From the NCBI GenBank assembly GCA_001662655.1, contig KV460233.1: a stretch of 64,000 bases of DNA. One strand, written 5' to 3'. Within the stretch, counting starts at the first letter, position 1; every line of letters starts with the position of its first letter. Origin of the DNA: Pseudogymnoascus verrucosus (lineage: Eukaryota). Of this stretch, positions 1 to 14,000 are shown piece after piece. A program made the position numbers and the translations under genes. The notes beneath the pieces were generated by a model. That model saw only the letters and a list, made by a program, of their open reading frames with translations. It did not search any database and was not told the DNA's origin.

Positions 1-1853
1 CAGAAGGGAACGGATCCGATGGTTTCGCAGTATGAAATTGTGAAAGTGCTTGGCAAAGGAAGCTTTGGAGTTGTTCGTCTTGTCCGTGAAAAAGATGATG
101 TCTTCAGCCCGTTCAGCTTCTTCGAGCCCAAGAAAAAAGAAGTTTACGCCATGAAAGTCATTCGGAAATCTGATATGCTACGGAACAGCCAAGAGGGGCA
201 TCTTCGTGCCGAGCGGGACTTTCTGGTTGCTTCAGAGGGGTCAAGATGGTGATTTCCCTTCCAGTTTAATAACGTGCACCGATCTAATGGTATACAGGGT
301 TGTACCGCTCATTGCCAGCTTCCAAGATGCGAATAACCTTTACCTCATTATGGATTACATGCCGGGTGGAGACTTTTTGGGGCTCTTGATCCGTGACAAC
401 ATTCTTTCTGAGGCAGTAACCAAATGGTATATTGCCGAAATGATACTTTGCATCGAAGAGGCTCATACACTCCGGTGGATTCACCGTGATATCAAGCCAG
501 ACAACTTCTTGATTTCTGCTTCTGGACACCTGAAAATTTCAGACTTTGGTCTAGCATTCGATGGGCATTGGTCCCATGACCAGTCTTTTTATAATAACCA
601 TAGGTACTCTTTGCTCACCAAGCTCGGTATCAACGTCGAAGGGGATTCCATCGATAAAAAGGATAGCCGGACAGTTGCAGTCGCCATGCAGCTTGCTCAT
701 GTTGTTATGGGCGGCAAAGATAAACACGAGAAGAAGTCTTCCGGCTCTGACGAGGGGATTCTTAATTGGCGAAATCGGAATGGTAACCGAACACTTGCCC
801 GCAGTGTTGTTGGAACAAGCCAATATATGGCACCCGAAGTAGTCCGGGGTGAGCTTTACGATGCCAGATGTGACTGGTGGAGCGTTGCTGTCATTCTTTA
901 CGAGGTGAGGTGAGCTGTTACGTACAACCACACCGAATCTAACACACACACAGTGTCTCTATGGCCACACTCCGTTTCTTGCCGATGAAGGCGGAAGGGC
1001 TCAAACAAAACTAAATATTCTTGTAAGCCATTCCTCCGCAGGTTGATGACAGAGACCTAATATGAAACAGAGTCATCGGACCACATTTTCATTCCCAAGC
1101 AAACCCGCTGTCAGCAGCCGATGTCAGGATCTGATCAAACGAATGATTCAAGAGAAGGGGGAACGCCTTTGCTCTCGACGATATAAGGCGAGAGACTTGG
1201 TTTCGTCAAACAATCGTGACTATGCTGGCCGCTACGTTTACCCTGATGACGCAGAAGATATTAAGTCACACCGTTGGTTTAAAGATATCCTTTGGGACCG
1301 TATTCACATTATGACCCCGCCCTTTGTGCCAGCTATCAAATCCATTGATGACACCCACTACTTTGATGAAGAAGAGCCTATTTCCGACTTTAGCACCAGC
1401 GTTGACGATGCCGTGAATCTTACTCCACCCACGGACGACGAGCTTGACGCTGCACTTCGATGTTTCAATCGCGAAATTCAAATTTTAGCACGAGGATACG
1501 TGGGTAGTGCTTACGACTCCACCAAACTCCGTCGAATCGAGCGAGAAATCGAAGGATTTGTGATGGGCGAGGAGCAGAAAGAGTATCTTCGAGGCTTCGT
1601 GCGTGCATATGGTCGAAAAGAGAAGAAGAGGCCCAGGGATAGATTGCTCAGAGACGGAGAGTACAGGCAACGAGTTCTGGAATGTAGAAAGAGAGGCGCT
1701 TTCCTGGGATACAGCTGGAGAAGGATTCAGAAGAATAGTCTGAGGGATCTCAGCGAGAAGAAAGGCACTGGTGGCGGAATGGGACGCAACGGATTGGGAG
1801 CCGCAAAGGGGAAGGCCAAGGTATGGATGAGAGGAAGATTGAGCGTCAACTAG
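1..1853 (+). CDS. AGC-family Ser/Thr kinase (NDR/CBK1-like), 5'-partial
   Basis: Kinase motifs GKGSFGVV, YAMKVIRK, HRDIKPDN, DFG, VGTSQYMAPE and an AGC C-tail (PPFVP..DDTHYF). GT-AG introns at 249-297, 905-953 and 1023-1070 join the ORF pieces in frame. Confidence 0.92.
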
Positions 1854-3530
1854 AGTCAAAAAGAGGGAAAACTTGTCAAGGTTGGCCTCTGGTGAGAGTC
1901 TGCGGAAGAGGTCTCAATGAAATTGATAGCAAGCCAGTCGGGTTTTGTGTTTTAGGAAAAGTAGTTATAGAATACGATTACCATTGTCTGAAACCCATAG
2001 TCAGGCGGAAATATCGTTGGTAGAGTGGCGTTTGTGGACATCCAATAAATGTCAGCGAAGGCTTCGACGCGACTTAATGCAGTAATATAATGTCAATGAT
2101 GTGCCCTTGATGTGTCTTACGGCACTGCAGCTGGCCTGAGACATTCTACCCTTAGACTTACAAGCAAGTGAAACAAAATCGCCAACTTTCCAACCACAGA
2201 AAGAACAAAATCAAGAGTCTTGATGATAATTGCTTTTGGACGAGAGAAGGACCATTTAGCCTGGGGTTGTGTGACAAATAGACTGTGAATAAAATTACAG
2301 CAAACCTACACTCGCCCAAATCACCACCACAATTAAACCCCGGTCTAGCATTATTATCTTCTTCCTAAAATAACTTCAACTGCTAATGTAGGTCTACTAT
2401 CTCCTACCCTATTTTAGACTGACAACCATATTACAGCACAATGAAACTCAGCCTCGATCGCTCTCCTCCTCCTGTCATAATCGAAGCACCTATCATAAGC
2501 CCCCAAGGACCCACTGCGGACAGCCTAGTTGGTGACCTACCGAACGATGCCACGGTTATTGTAGTGGAGCTTGTTATACAGCTGTAGCTGAGACATGCTA
2601 CAACATTGTGTGATATCTACTGTTAGGCTGACTTGTTTGAGAAAGTGGCGCAGAAGTGCTAGCTACTCTACCATAGAGAGCGCAAAAGGAGAGAACCTTG
2701 AAGATCGTTGATTTATAGATGAGCGAAGCACTGTTCAATGAAGGTTTGTATGACATATAGATTGTGTACAAATGCACGACATAAACCCATGCACACACCA
2801 TCGAACTCTCGTCAACAGACTACACTTGCCCAACTCACAACTCACAATCTCCTTCAACATAATCGCTAAGACCGCTACTACTATTAAACCTCGTCAACTA
2901 TCACTACGATCTTCCTATAGTGTAGCTAGCTGAAACTAAGACACATTAAACAATATTTACTCTTCGGATACCTGCTTTAGAATAGTGGAACAAGGTGCTG
3001 GCTATCGTAGAGAGGGCAAAAAAATTAAACTTAACGGTCATTGATTTGTAATTAACTGAGGCGCTGTTTGAGGATCTGGATTATGTATAAAGGCACTACA
3101 GAAGTCTACTAAAAACCATACATCGCCTATACACTCTGCCAAACAACTTTAACAACCAAACCCTGTCAACTATTACCATCCTATTCTTACAACACCCTGA
3201 CCACTAGCGTAAGCTTTATTGCCAACCATCCTTTATTCTAGTCCAACAATTTAGATCTTAATCATGCAACTCTAACTCGCCTCGCCCATCGCTCTTCTCC
3301 CCGTCATTCTCGCAGCACAGCTTCAAAGTCCCCAAGGTCTAGGCAATCTACGCGACAAGGTTGGCTCTGCTTGGGACATTAGTTCCCCCAGTATAGGCGC
3401 TGCGGTCATAAGCTTAGCCCCGTTTGACGGTGGGAAGAAATGATATTTTTCCTTGGCGGGCTATTGCATATTATCATCGTCGTAAAATTGCCACAAGTAA
3501 CCGGATCTTCAATTATATTAGCTGCAAGAA

Positions 3531-4538
3531 TCATCTTTCCCGTCTTCTATCATCATATCCATATCTTCTCCACACGTCATCATATGTATCCCTCCTATCG
3601 TAAAAACCCCCGCCACGACCCTCCTCTGCTATCTTCTCCTCCCGCATATACCTCTCCACCTCCCCATCCCTACTAATCTCAACCCAATTTCGTGTATTCC
3701 TCCCCCTCTCTTTTTCTTCCTTCCTCACTTCCACTCTCTCTCGTCTTGCCTTCTCCCTCGAATGTCTCTCTTCCCTCTCTTCTCTTTGCTTCTTCTCCTT
3801 ATACTTGTCCCCAGCAAACAGCAACCCGACACCTCCCAAAGCCATCCCAGCAAGAGTCACAAGTATCTCATCATCCGTATGACCCTTCCCTTTGTGCTGT
3901 CCCTTTCCCTTCCCCCTATCCTTCCATTTATCCCCGGCCTTCACTGCCTGCTTTGCCAGAACACCTCCCACGGCTACACCCATCGCACCTCTCGCTACTG
4001 GGTCATCCATGAAGCGCTCAGCGATGCCTTCCGAGGAGCTGCTCCTGCTCCGGCTTCCTCTCCTGTCCCTACTCCCGCGCCTATCGTCTCCACGCCTTGA
4101 CGCCCTTCGCGGCGCACGCTGTGACTGGCTCCTCCTTGTCATGAACCCCGGCCGCTGGGGAGGCGGAGAGGAAACGCGCACATGTCTCGGTTTTGGGGAT
4201 GAGTCTTCCCTCATACCCGCGTCGCGCTGACGTCTCGATCTCTCTGCGTGGTTATCTCCACCTCTCGTGTCTTCGTGCTTCGATCTGCGGTCGTCGCGCT
4301 GGGAGCGGCGGGTATGGGCGTCAGCGGAGTGGTAGGGCGAGTCCGAATCTGAGTCTGGGGATCGAAAGCGGCGGTGGGGGTTATGTTCGGTATTTGTCCC
4401 GGTTTGGGTGTGTAGTTTTTCGGTGATGTAGGGGATGTCTTTCCCCATGGGTGAGATGAGTTTGTCGGGGAGCTTGTCGAAGTGTTTGTCGATTAGTTTG
4501 TCTGAGGCCGAGAGACCGAATCCGATGAGTTCAGCCAT
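3531..4538 (-). CDS. Hypothetical R/D/E/S-rich protein with two Gly-rich hydrophobic segments (glycine-zipper-like)
   Basis: 335-aa intronless ORF. GAMGVAVGGVLA and LAGMALGGVGLLFAG lie within charged low-complexity sequence. Confidence 0.65.
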   Translation of the reverse strand: MAELIGFGLSASDKLIDKHFDKLPDKLISPMGKDIPYITEKLHTQTGTNTEHNPHRRFRSPDSDSDSPYHSADAHTRRSQRDDRRSKHEDTRGGDNHAERSRRQRDAGMREDSSPKPRHVRVSSPPPQRPGFMTRRSQSQRAPRRASRRGDDRRGSRDRRGSRSRSSSSEGIAERFMDDPVARGAMGVAVGGVLAKQAVKAGDKWKDRGKGKGQHKGKGHTDDEILVTLAGMALGGVGLLFAGDKYKEKKQREEREERHSREKARRERVEVRKEEKERGRNTRNWVEISRDGEVERYMREEKIAEEGRGGGFYDRRDTYDDVWRRYGYDDRRRER

Positions 4539-5843
4539 GCGTGGGTAGTTCTCTGGGCTGGCTTGAGTTGATGATGGAGTACGTGAGGTGGGTACAGTGG
4601 AGAGTAGGTCTGAGTGAGTGATATGTGCGGACTTTTGGTGTTTGTTTATAGAAATGAAAGTGAAATTGGATCTTCAGTGATATATGAACTAAGCAACTCT
4701 TGCATACTGCTGAGACGCTATATTCATGATGGCATAATTGCCACACAAGTGCCTTGTTCTAGATGCCATCATTGTGCATCCCTACCTACCCCCAGTTGGT
4801 CATTGAATCAAGTCAAAATGCCGATCTTCGCAGTAGACCCTCGACAAAAACAGCCAGACTGGTCCATGAACGTGTATTAAGTAAGTAGGGGACAGTGCTA
4901 AGCATTTATCCAATCGTGATGAAGCATTCTCACTTCTCGTTGGGGACCTTGGCGGGAAGCGGGAATGCCCCACCAATAAATGCCGCGGGGTACTTGGACC
5001 CTGGCACTATGACGACATACCCTCTAAATCAAGTAACAAAACATATTTGTTCCAATGTAAAAGGTTTAAATAAGTGCCACGATATCGTGCATGGTATCGT
5101 ATTTCGTATTTGTCTCTAGTTAAAATAAATCCCGCAGTATAAGTCGTCATGGCAATGAACTATTTATATTTTGTCGATGCGACAAATGGTTGAACACTCT
5201 CACTCTACGAGTGTGTTTTCGGATGGGTGTGTATGGAGGTGGATGAGAGAAAAAAGTGGGAATTGGAAATCAAGAACCCGAGCCGTACCGCGTCGGCTAG
5301 CAGTCATCGGCACACCATGCGTCTTGTCCCGATCCGTGATTGGGAGTGCGGCTGATATGTCTTGGATGCGTTGATGGGGCCGGCACCGAAGCCGAGATGA
5401 GGTGTAAAAAATGCACGGAATAGACTCGGGGAAGAGCCGGGCCAACGACACGCCACCCTTTCTTGCCCATGCTTATGAATTAGATACGTGTGTAAATGTT
5501 GTAGGCGGTGAATGTGTCTTGGATGGACGGGCGAACAGTCTCTGGAGCCTAGATTAGAAAACCGCCCGGAAAAGTTCCCGGCGGCAGCCAAGCTGACAGC
5601 ACGCCACTCCTTCCAGCCGTTCACTAGTAACTCCTCTTCCATGGCTACTCGCATAAGTAAATGTTTCACCTAGTAAATTCGTCGATTTGGTTGGTAACCG
5701 GCGCTCCGGAATTACGAGGCTGAGAGGCCGGCTTCTCCATCCTACTTCCCCGGTAGATCTGTGCATATAAAATCTGCAAACCTGCGAGGATCACACATTG
5801 TGGTGCCGCCTTGCATGAGACTTTTTTGCCTCCTCATCATCAG

Positions 5844-6050
5844 TCAGCCTCTTAAGATCGTCCAGGGGAGCGGACCAAATTGACTTCCCCGCCCCAGCGG
5901 TCAGCCTTTTTAAATCGTGCAGGGGTAGGGGAGACCAAATCTGCTCCCCACCCTAGGGCCATTGTTGCCAAAATGTGCAGAGGCAATTTTATTTTTCACC
6001 TTCCCTAGACTCATCGTTCCCAAAATGTTCGCGACGGGTGAAGGACGTGG
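5844..6050. repeat. Degenerate ~55-60 bp tandem units with GC-rich hairpins
   Basis: tcagcctcttaagatcgtccagggg...accaaat...ccccgcccc is repeated as tcagcctttttaaatcgtgcagggg...accaaat...ccccaccct. Two weaker ccaaaatgt units follow. Confidence 0.5.
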
Positions 6051-7901
6051 CCACCCCAACTACGAATTTGTGGACACTTCCGCAACGTCCCATCCTTAAT
6101 AGCTGCGTGTTATGATATTCCCCGTTTAAATGGACGAGTCAGTTTCAATTTCGAGTTGTGGATGCGTGTAACGTGTTTGAGGCGGGAAACGGGCAGCGCG
6201 TACACCAGCTCTTGCACACCCATGCAGGACAGGTAGGATAGGGATACTTTCTTGACACTGGACTGCATATGCATATGGTGCGTGTCGTGTTTTTTATGTT
6301 TTGTTTTACCAGGGCTGTAGTGTAGGAAAGTAAGATTTGTCCTGGAGGTCTTTGGCAGATCTGTTGCCCAGCCTTAGATCTACTACGTACTCGAGCAGTG
6401 TTGCGGGGCAGAGGGGTCGAGACTGAGGGCCTTGCCTATATTTTGTGGGCTGAGTGGGCCAATGGGGTTTAACTACGCGGCTCCTACGCGGCTCCAGCGC
6501 ATACTCTGGTGCTGGCGCTGTTGTTATTGACACCATAATCTGCGACGGGAATAAAATCTCTGCACGTCACCTTCGCAGGTTCAATCTCCTGAGATGACAC
6601 CGCCCCCTTTTTGAATTATCTCGCTTTCCAGGCGTGGTGGTGAGACAGATCGTGTGTCGGATGGTACACAACTGCCATGCACGCGGTTATTAGCCGCCCC
6701 CACGAGCCAGTGAAGAACTTGTCGTGCGCCAACCCAGCAGCTGGGATTCCTGCTCGGCGGACTGCATGGAGGTTCGTGAGATGAGCGAGTCGTTGTTGCT
6801 TCATTGTCATCTGCGGGGCTCCACATCGCTAAAATGCGCTGGCATACCACTGTGGCGGGATGCTACATCGCGAATGCCGCACTAAGTGCGGTCTGATCCG
6901 TCACTTTAGCACCACCTCGCCGAACAGGCTAGTCCCAATCCGCGGTATCACTTTCTAAGCGACCTCAGCTCCATCACTGTCGATAGCTTTTTGCCACCCT
7001 GATGGCCACATACAAACCCGCAGACTCCGGAAATGAGGATACGACTTTTGGATCTCTCACCGAGAGTGATGTGGGGCAATTAAGATGGCAAAAAACCAAT
7101 AATGGTGGCCCAAAACGCACATCGCCTGTTTCGGTTGCGGCTCGATGACCGCCCTACGGTCACTGCTCAGAGCAGCCCCCCAAACGCACGGTCATGCCAG
7201 GCTCCCATTGACTCAGGGCTAGGGCTACCACAAGCAAGGTTACTGAAGACACTGCCGGTTTTGGGGAGGCTGCAGCATACCCGTTTGTTCTGTGATACTT
7301 TTGAAAACGCCATATTCGCCCCATCTAGTCCTACAGCGCGTACCGGGCCATTGGGAACAAGGAATATTTATCTACGGGAGCATCGAAATATGGTGTGACA
7401 TACAGTCTTCAAACGAATGATTCCTGTGGAAAGGATTCTGGGGAGCCGTGGTGACCCTGATGTTTTGTGTCATTTCGTAGTTGTGCCTCACATCATTCAT
7501 TATCCGTTATATATCATTGCAATTATTTTATTTATGGAATATTAACTTCTATCTGAGGCATAAAAAGCCTCCCCCAAAATATTAAAGATATTGTTGGCGT
7601 TGTGCTGTTGGCGTTGTGCTCGCTTCATCCATATTTATATCGGATTGGGCTGGACAGTATCTCGCCACACACATTCCCGAGAATCGAAAAGATCCAAAGT
7701 CGAACTTGTGCTGCTAAGCAGCGTCATATAGAATTGAATTTATGCCGGCAACGCTGTGCTGACATTTCACGATTGTTCGACTTCAGAAACAAGTTGATTG
7801 TTCGATGTGTCGTTCTCTGCCTACCCTCTATGCGATATGTCAGCGTTATCTTCAGTGCAGTGGTTATTCTGCCCCTCACCTCGTCTGTGTTGTCGAGCAC
7901 A

Positions 7902-8246
7902 TCATTTCTTATCTCTGCGAGGCTTCTTATTCCGGAGAGTAGTGTAGGGTTGGTCTGGCGAAGAAAGCCACTTCTGTAGCTCGGCTTCGCGCATTTCCAA
8001 CTGTTCGTCCTTGGTCGTTTTGGTGTTGGCTACCATGATTCCGTAGGCCGTTATGCTGATATATGGTTCCGCACTAGCCAAGCAGACGTTAGTTGCTATG
8101 AATCTGACATTATTAGAGATTCAACGAATCTTGTTTTGTATGATAGGACACTTGTGAAGGGTAGGATAGATGAGCAGAGCGAGGTGTTACCTGATATATT
8201 GCGAGTCGCCTCCATGCACTGCACCCGTCGTCGTCGCGGAAGACAT
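7902..8246 (-). CDS. Possible small two-exon ORF (75 aa)
   Basis: ATG at 8246, intron 8190-8074 (GTAACA...CTAAC...TAG), stop at 7904-7902. The spliced frame is open: MSSATTTG...ELQKWLSSPDQPYTTLRNKKPRRDKK. Confidence 0.3.
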
Positions 8247-11034
8247 TGTAGCTTGCGAGAAACACAACTTCTATTGTGCAAATGTCTGTCGACTAACGAA
8301 GTCTCCCACCGAAATGTGTTTGAGTTGACTAGTCCATGATCAAGAGACGGGGGGAAAGAGGGACTTTATATCCGCCCCATACTGTCGACGTTTTTTCTCT
8401 CTTTCATCTCAACCTTCTGAAATCTTATCTAAGAGATACTCTCCTGGGTATTGCCCACTATTTCCACTCTCAAGCCAATAATGTCAAAGTAAATTAGCGC
8501 CGATGATGAGTCGGTTGAAAGCCTCATCCGAATTCGAGCCCGTATCGTCACAAATTATGAGACGGTGTGCTCCAATGTGCTCCAACTATCGACACGGCGT
8601 ACTCGTAACTTACGGGTCAGCGCGTTATCGACGTGTAATCACTGCCAATGATTTTGTTCAAGGAGTATGGCCGAGTAAGACCAGCACGGTTACTTGCTTG
8701 ATTAACCCTTGTCTCGATTGTGGTTTTCATAGAGCGTCCAGCCTTGGCATGAACCTGTCGAATGAACCTGCCGAATGAAACCATCGAATGAACCCCTCGA
8801 GTGGAGTCCATCAAATATACTTCGTGATGCGAACCCCGCGGCAACATTAGGAAGGGTGGAGCTCTATGTGGGCATATCTTATAAGAGTAACTCGGGCGGG
8901 GTGGCCAAAGTTATACCGCCTTTTGCGATTTAACAATCTGGTATCCTATTCTCGCATGACAGTACACGCTGTCACTCGTCGCGTGAATACCGACATGTAA
9001 CGAGCAAAACGATAGAAGGTCTTACGCGCTTCAATGCGCAGCCTCACTTGTATCTGGACATGGTTGTATACCCTTGAAGAAAATCGGTTCCTTGGCCTGC
9101 GAAATTTTGACGGGAACTCGTCTTACCCCTCATTGTAATATCCGGTAAGTGGGGACTATAACTAGGTCAGCTTGTACGCGGGGCGCATCGGTGAGTATGA
9201 GGGGTATTAGATGTCTCAGGCCACCGATGTGGAATATAAGAAGCACAAAACGATCGATAGTTGTATATCAGTACATAGCGCTTGTTTCCACGTTCTACTC
9301 ACATGAATGACAACGTTGGCTGCATATGCAGTAGTATAGGGGACTTAAGGATTCCACGAGAAAGACGAGTTAAAGGAGACTGACTACCTCTCCGGGGAGG
9401 GCGGTTAGGAACCCGGGATGATTGTATTCATTGATACTGAGATTTTGCTAGGGCGGATATCCGAGCTACATGCTTCATCTGTCGTGCCTCCATCAAAAGG
9501 GCATGGCATTTCAGAACTCAATTGCGTCAATGTGCGTCTCCACTTCCCATCGTCTTTTATCCCAGAGAAATATTCTCCTCTGCATAATAGCAAAGCTCCA
9601 CATATCATGGATAAAGTAGTGGCCATCTCTTTCGGCTACTATAAATACATAGAGATAATAGCTAAATTTCATATGTATCTAATTTTAAGGCGTATCGGTA
9701 TTCACAGCACCAAACATTGGTATCGACGCTACCGAAGGTTTGAATTTTGCATAATACGTGAGAAACCATATGCAATTATGCAGCATGTGGTATCAAATGA
9801 TGCACAAAAATATTTCTTCTGTGTTATTCTACGCCTTCCGTGGGCACGGGCGCCAGAGGGGCGACCGGTGTAGGCGTGGTTCTAGGCGGCAGCAAATCAT
9901 TACAGGTTATAGTTATATTTAGTAAAGTACCTAAACAGCTTGTCTTTGTGAGGTATTTCTCTTGTCTGTTCATATGTAGACTACATGGTTAATGGCACTT
10001 ATAGGCTTGACTTAGTAGGGAGACCTTCACTTTACTGTGATTTAAGATCATTGTAAGACACTACTGCTACTTAGAATGTACCTCTCAAGTCGTAGATTAT
10101 TAAATAAGCCTGTGCAACGAGAAGTAATTGAGTGGACTAATTGCTGTGTCTGTAAATCTTTTTCATGCCTATTACAGAAAATTTCCGTGCCCCTTTCTTT
10201 TCTCTTGGGGTACGGCGGTTAGTTTTCTCACTTCGCGTCTGCAACCCGGTGGGATTTAATATCAACTCAGCACCACCACAACTAAAAAAATCCATATTCA
10301 GCGACATACATTTAGCTCTGGCCTTTGGCCCCCTTTCTTTTCTCCTTATTCTTTAGCTAGCTATTTATTGCATGGGGTAAACTGTTGAGTGAACAAGCGG
10401 TGAAAGCAAAACAATATATACAGAAGACGAATTTGGTTGCCTCATCCCCCATTGAAAAAAAAAAACATACTGAACTTTTGCTATGGCTAAGGTGAGTCAC
10501 CTGCCCCACCAGCGTCGCCTTTGAGGTTGCATGACAACCGGCCGAAGGTCGCAGATTGGTGGCCTTCACGTCCGCGTCGACGAAGGCTCCAATGCAGACT
10601 TCCTCTACTCCCAACGAAAAAATGTTGAGAAAAGGCGTAGGCTTTAGCGATTGTAGATACTCGTGGGTGGCCTAGGAAATGTCCGGCTTAGGGTAATCCT
10701 AGAGAAGTCGGGTGTTAGGAAATGTCACCGTTCTCTATGTTAACATCACATTGTTGGCTATCACACCGAAGGCCCATGGGTTATCACACTGTTAGCCTAT
10801 CCGGCCACTTTACTATGATTAGCTCCGTGCTTCGCTCTTTCCTGTGTTCCCTCCATCATTACTGCCATCGCTTCTTCCCTCGCTCCTTCTTCGCTTCTTA
10901 CTTCGCTTCAGCCCCCGCCCCTTCCCTCCCTCCTTCCTTCCCTCCTGCCACCGCACTATCCTCCGCATTTGGTCGCTTCTGTAACAGTATGCACTTCAGC
11001 ACGATTTCGCGATAACTTTACGAAAACTGTGCAT

Positions 11035-14000
11035 CTATCGTTTGTCCTTGCCCTTCAGGTTCCACTTCTTTGGTACCCTGGCAAGCCAATATACGAAGAA
11101 GGCGAAGCTGACGTTGAACAGAATGAACACCCACAAGATGCCGAAATTGCGCCAACTTTGGTCGTAGTGCATATCGAGCAGAGCAAGATACTGGTTGGTG
11201 TTGCCGAAAGGGCAAAACTCGCAATGAGCAGAACCTTCAGTGCTAGGCTGGAGGTAACCGCCCAAGGTTTTGAGGTACGGAGCAAGGTAGACGGAGCAGT
11301 TCTGTCCCGGAATGGCGTCGAATCGCAGCAGTTCGTTTGTTGCACACACGAGATCCGTGTCTGCGACCGCCGTCGTGAGCATGCCGGCTACCAAGTAGGT
11401 TAACGGCGATAGTCGGTACAAGAAAACCCAGAATCCTGGTAACTGGTCCTTCGTGGCTAGAACACCACAAAATACAAGTGCGAGCGAGAACAGGACATTG
11501 GTCAACGCGCCTCCGACCTCCGCCGAGCCAACGCCAGCAATTGTAGCGCTACCGAAAGTAGACGCATAAATCATGAATTGGAGGACGAAGAGGAACATTT
11601 GGAACCCTCGTATGGTGACCGAGTCAGTTGCTTCGGCATTACGATAAAGCCCCATCGGATAATACCAGCAGAAGAAGATGACTACTGCCATAGGCAGCGA
11701 CCATATAAGTTCTACCAGTATGTTGGCAAGCATGAACGACTGCCAGGAATAAGACTTCGAAGGCCGTTCTCTCGCCTCGTACAGATCACGTTGTGTGACA
11801 AAACGAGGATGCGTTTGCTCTACGAGATTGGGCAGAATGCTGCCAACTTCAAGCAAGTCAGCGCTGATACTGCTCAGGAAATTCGGGTAACAGGAACTTA
11901 CGCAAGAAAATGCCAAACATCTGGTTTTGTAACCCAGTCTGGCTGTTAGTCGCTTTGAAGAATGAGAAGCCAATGAACAATGAAGAGAACAGACACAACG
12001 CAAGCTTGCTGTAAACATAGCCGGGATCTCGCCAAGTTTGCTGGAAAATGCGTTTTGTTACTTCACAGGATTGTATAAAGAATGGCTGTGCAAACTCCTC
12101 GAATGCCTGTTTGGCGTCGGTGGTTATTTCTGAACTCGAATCATCGATATCCCGTTGACACTGCAACGTCCCCAGCTCGCTTTTGACGTCTTGGTATTCC
12201 TTGCTTGCACGCCATACGTGCGGCCAGTCGATGGTGGTTGAAGAACCTGGAGCCGCGCCAATAACTTCCAACATCCATTCCGCTGGATTCTGTGTTACAC
12301 CACAAGGTGCTGCGCCGTTTTGCTCGAAGTAGCCAGTGAGTATTGAGGCATTGTTGCCGATGGGACCAAAGTATACGGGGTTTCCGCCCTTTGCGAGGAA
12401 CAAGAGGCGGTCGAAACGCTGAAATAATATCGCAGAGGGTTGATGGATGGTACACAAGATCGCCTGACCATTCCTGGTCAACTTATCTAAGAGATCACAG
12501 ATCGACCAGGACGTTTGGGAATCTAGGCCAGACGTTGGCTCATCGAGGAAAAGGAGAAGCTGTGGCCTTGCAGCAAGCTCTACGCCAATCGTGACGCGCT
12601 TCCGTTGTTCGACATTGAGACCTTCTCCGGGGACACCTACAACAGCATCTGCAAATGGCTGCATGTCAAGAAGTTCAATCACCTCATCCACATATGCCAG
12701 TCGATCCGCTCGTTTGATGTAGGCAGGCTGGCGGAGTAAGGCAGAGAAGGTGAGTGCTTCACGGACAGTCGACGTCTGTAGGTGCAGATCTTGCTGCTGG
12801 ACGTATCCAGTTTTGCGTTGAAAGCTTGCATCTTTGGCGAGATCATTAACAAGCATATCGCCTCCGATTACTCCAACAGTTTTTCGTGAGGCAAGCACAT
12901 CGAGTAGTGTAGTTTTGCCAGCGCCGGATTCGCCCATCAGAGCCGTAAGTGTTCCAGGCTTTACCCAGCCGTCTATCATGTTCAATAACCTACGACTTCC
13001 TCCTTTGGCCTTGATGTCATAGGTTATGTCGGACCAATGAAAGGTTGCAGTCTGTTTCTGAAGATGCAACTGTTCCCTGGGGGTGAGTTGATCCATGATG
13101 GCTTGCATTGGGATGCCAGATTCGCCCCTTTCAGTGTCGCTGCGTTGCTGCATACCGATCTCTCGTTCGAGTTTCCGGCGTTGGAACAGGAGCACTTCTC
13201 CTTGACTCTTCTTTGCTCGCACAGTCTCTGCGGACCAGACGTAGGTGATGAGGAAGAACACGAGGAAAGCGGCCATAATGCTGACGTTTCGCCACTTGTG
13301 GGAGTTATGGTAGCCAAAAGCGCTGGCGAGATAAACATCCCCATCAACCGTAGCCTGCCCAACAACAGAACCAATAGCAGAGCAGGCCCTATTAACCGCG
13401 GGCACATCGTCATAGAGGCCGCCAAATGGAACATAGGTGCTGCAAGTGAAGTTGCGGTTATGAAATTCGTTGGCCATGATAGCTTCAAAGCCGTAAGCCA
13501 CAGGGTTGATAAAATTAATCCACCTTGCCCAGCCGACCATATATGTGGTCGGGATTACGAATCCAGCGTAGATAACAAGAGCAGTAATTATAAGTGCCGC
13601 AGGCGCCAGAGCCTGCTCCAACGTACGAGTCACGGAAGCGATCGTCCTAAACATCATTGACATAACAAGCGTGACAATAAACGAGACAAGAAGAAAGAAG
13701 AAAAGGGAGCCTGGTTCGCGCCTAAGGTTAGCCATGAAGTAAAGAACGAGGTTAAAGCAGATTGAGTTAATGATTTTATAAGGAAGATCCGTAATCATGC
13801 TTGCAAACGCCTCGGCTGATGGGTGATACAGTGCATATCTATCATGCTTTTCGACGATGGGCCGTTGGGCGTAGAGAACGATGATCTAATAATAAATCTT
13901 AGCGAAAGACCGCTCAATACGCCTTGAAGTCCACCTACCTCGAGCGCTGAGGCAAAAGCGTTTAGCAAAACGGCAAAGAACAGTAGAGCACCGCGCTGAA

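Noticed and set aside
6851..7010. Solo LTR with TGTGGC...GCCACA ends
   Set aside because: No target-site duplication (accac vs tacaa) and no other support.
10800..10990. Possible transposase C-terminal relic (pyrimidine-rich tract)
   Set aside because: Low complexity only; no diagnostic motif or clear TIR.
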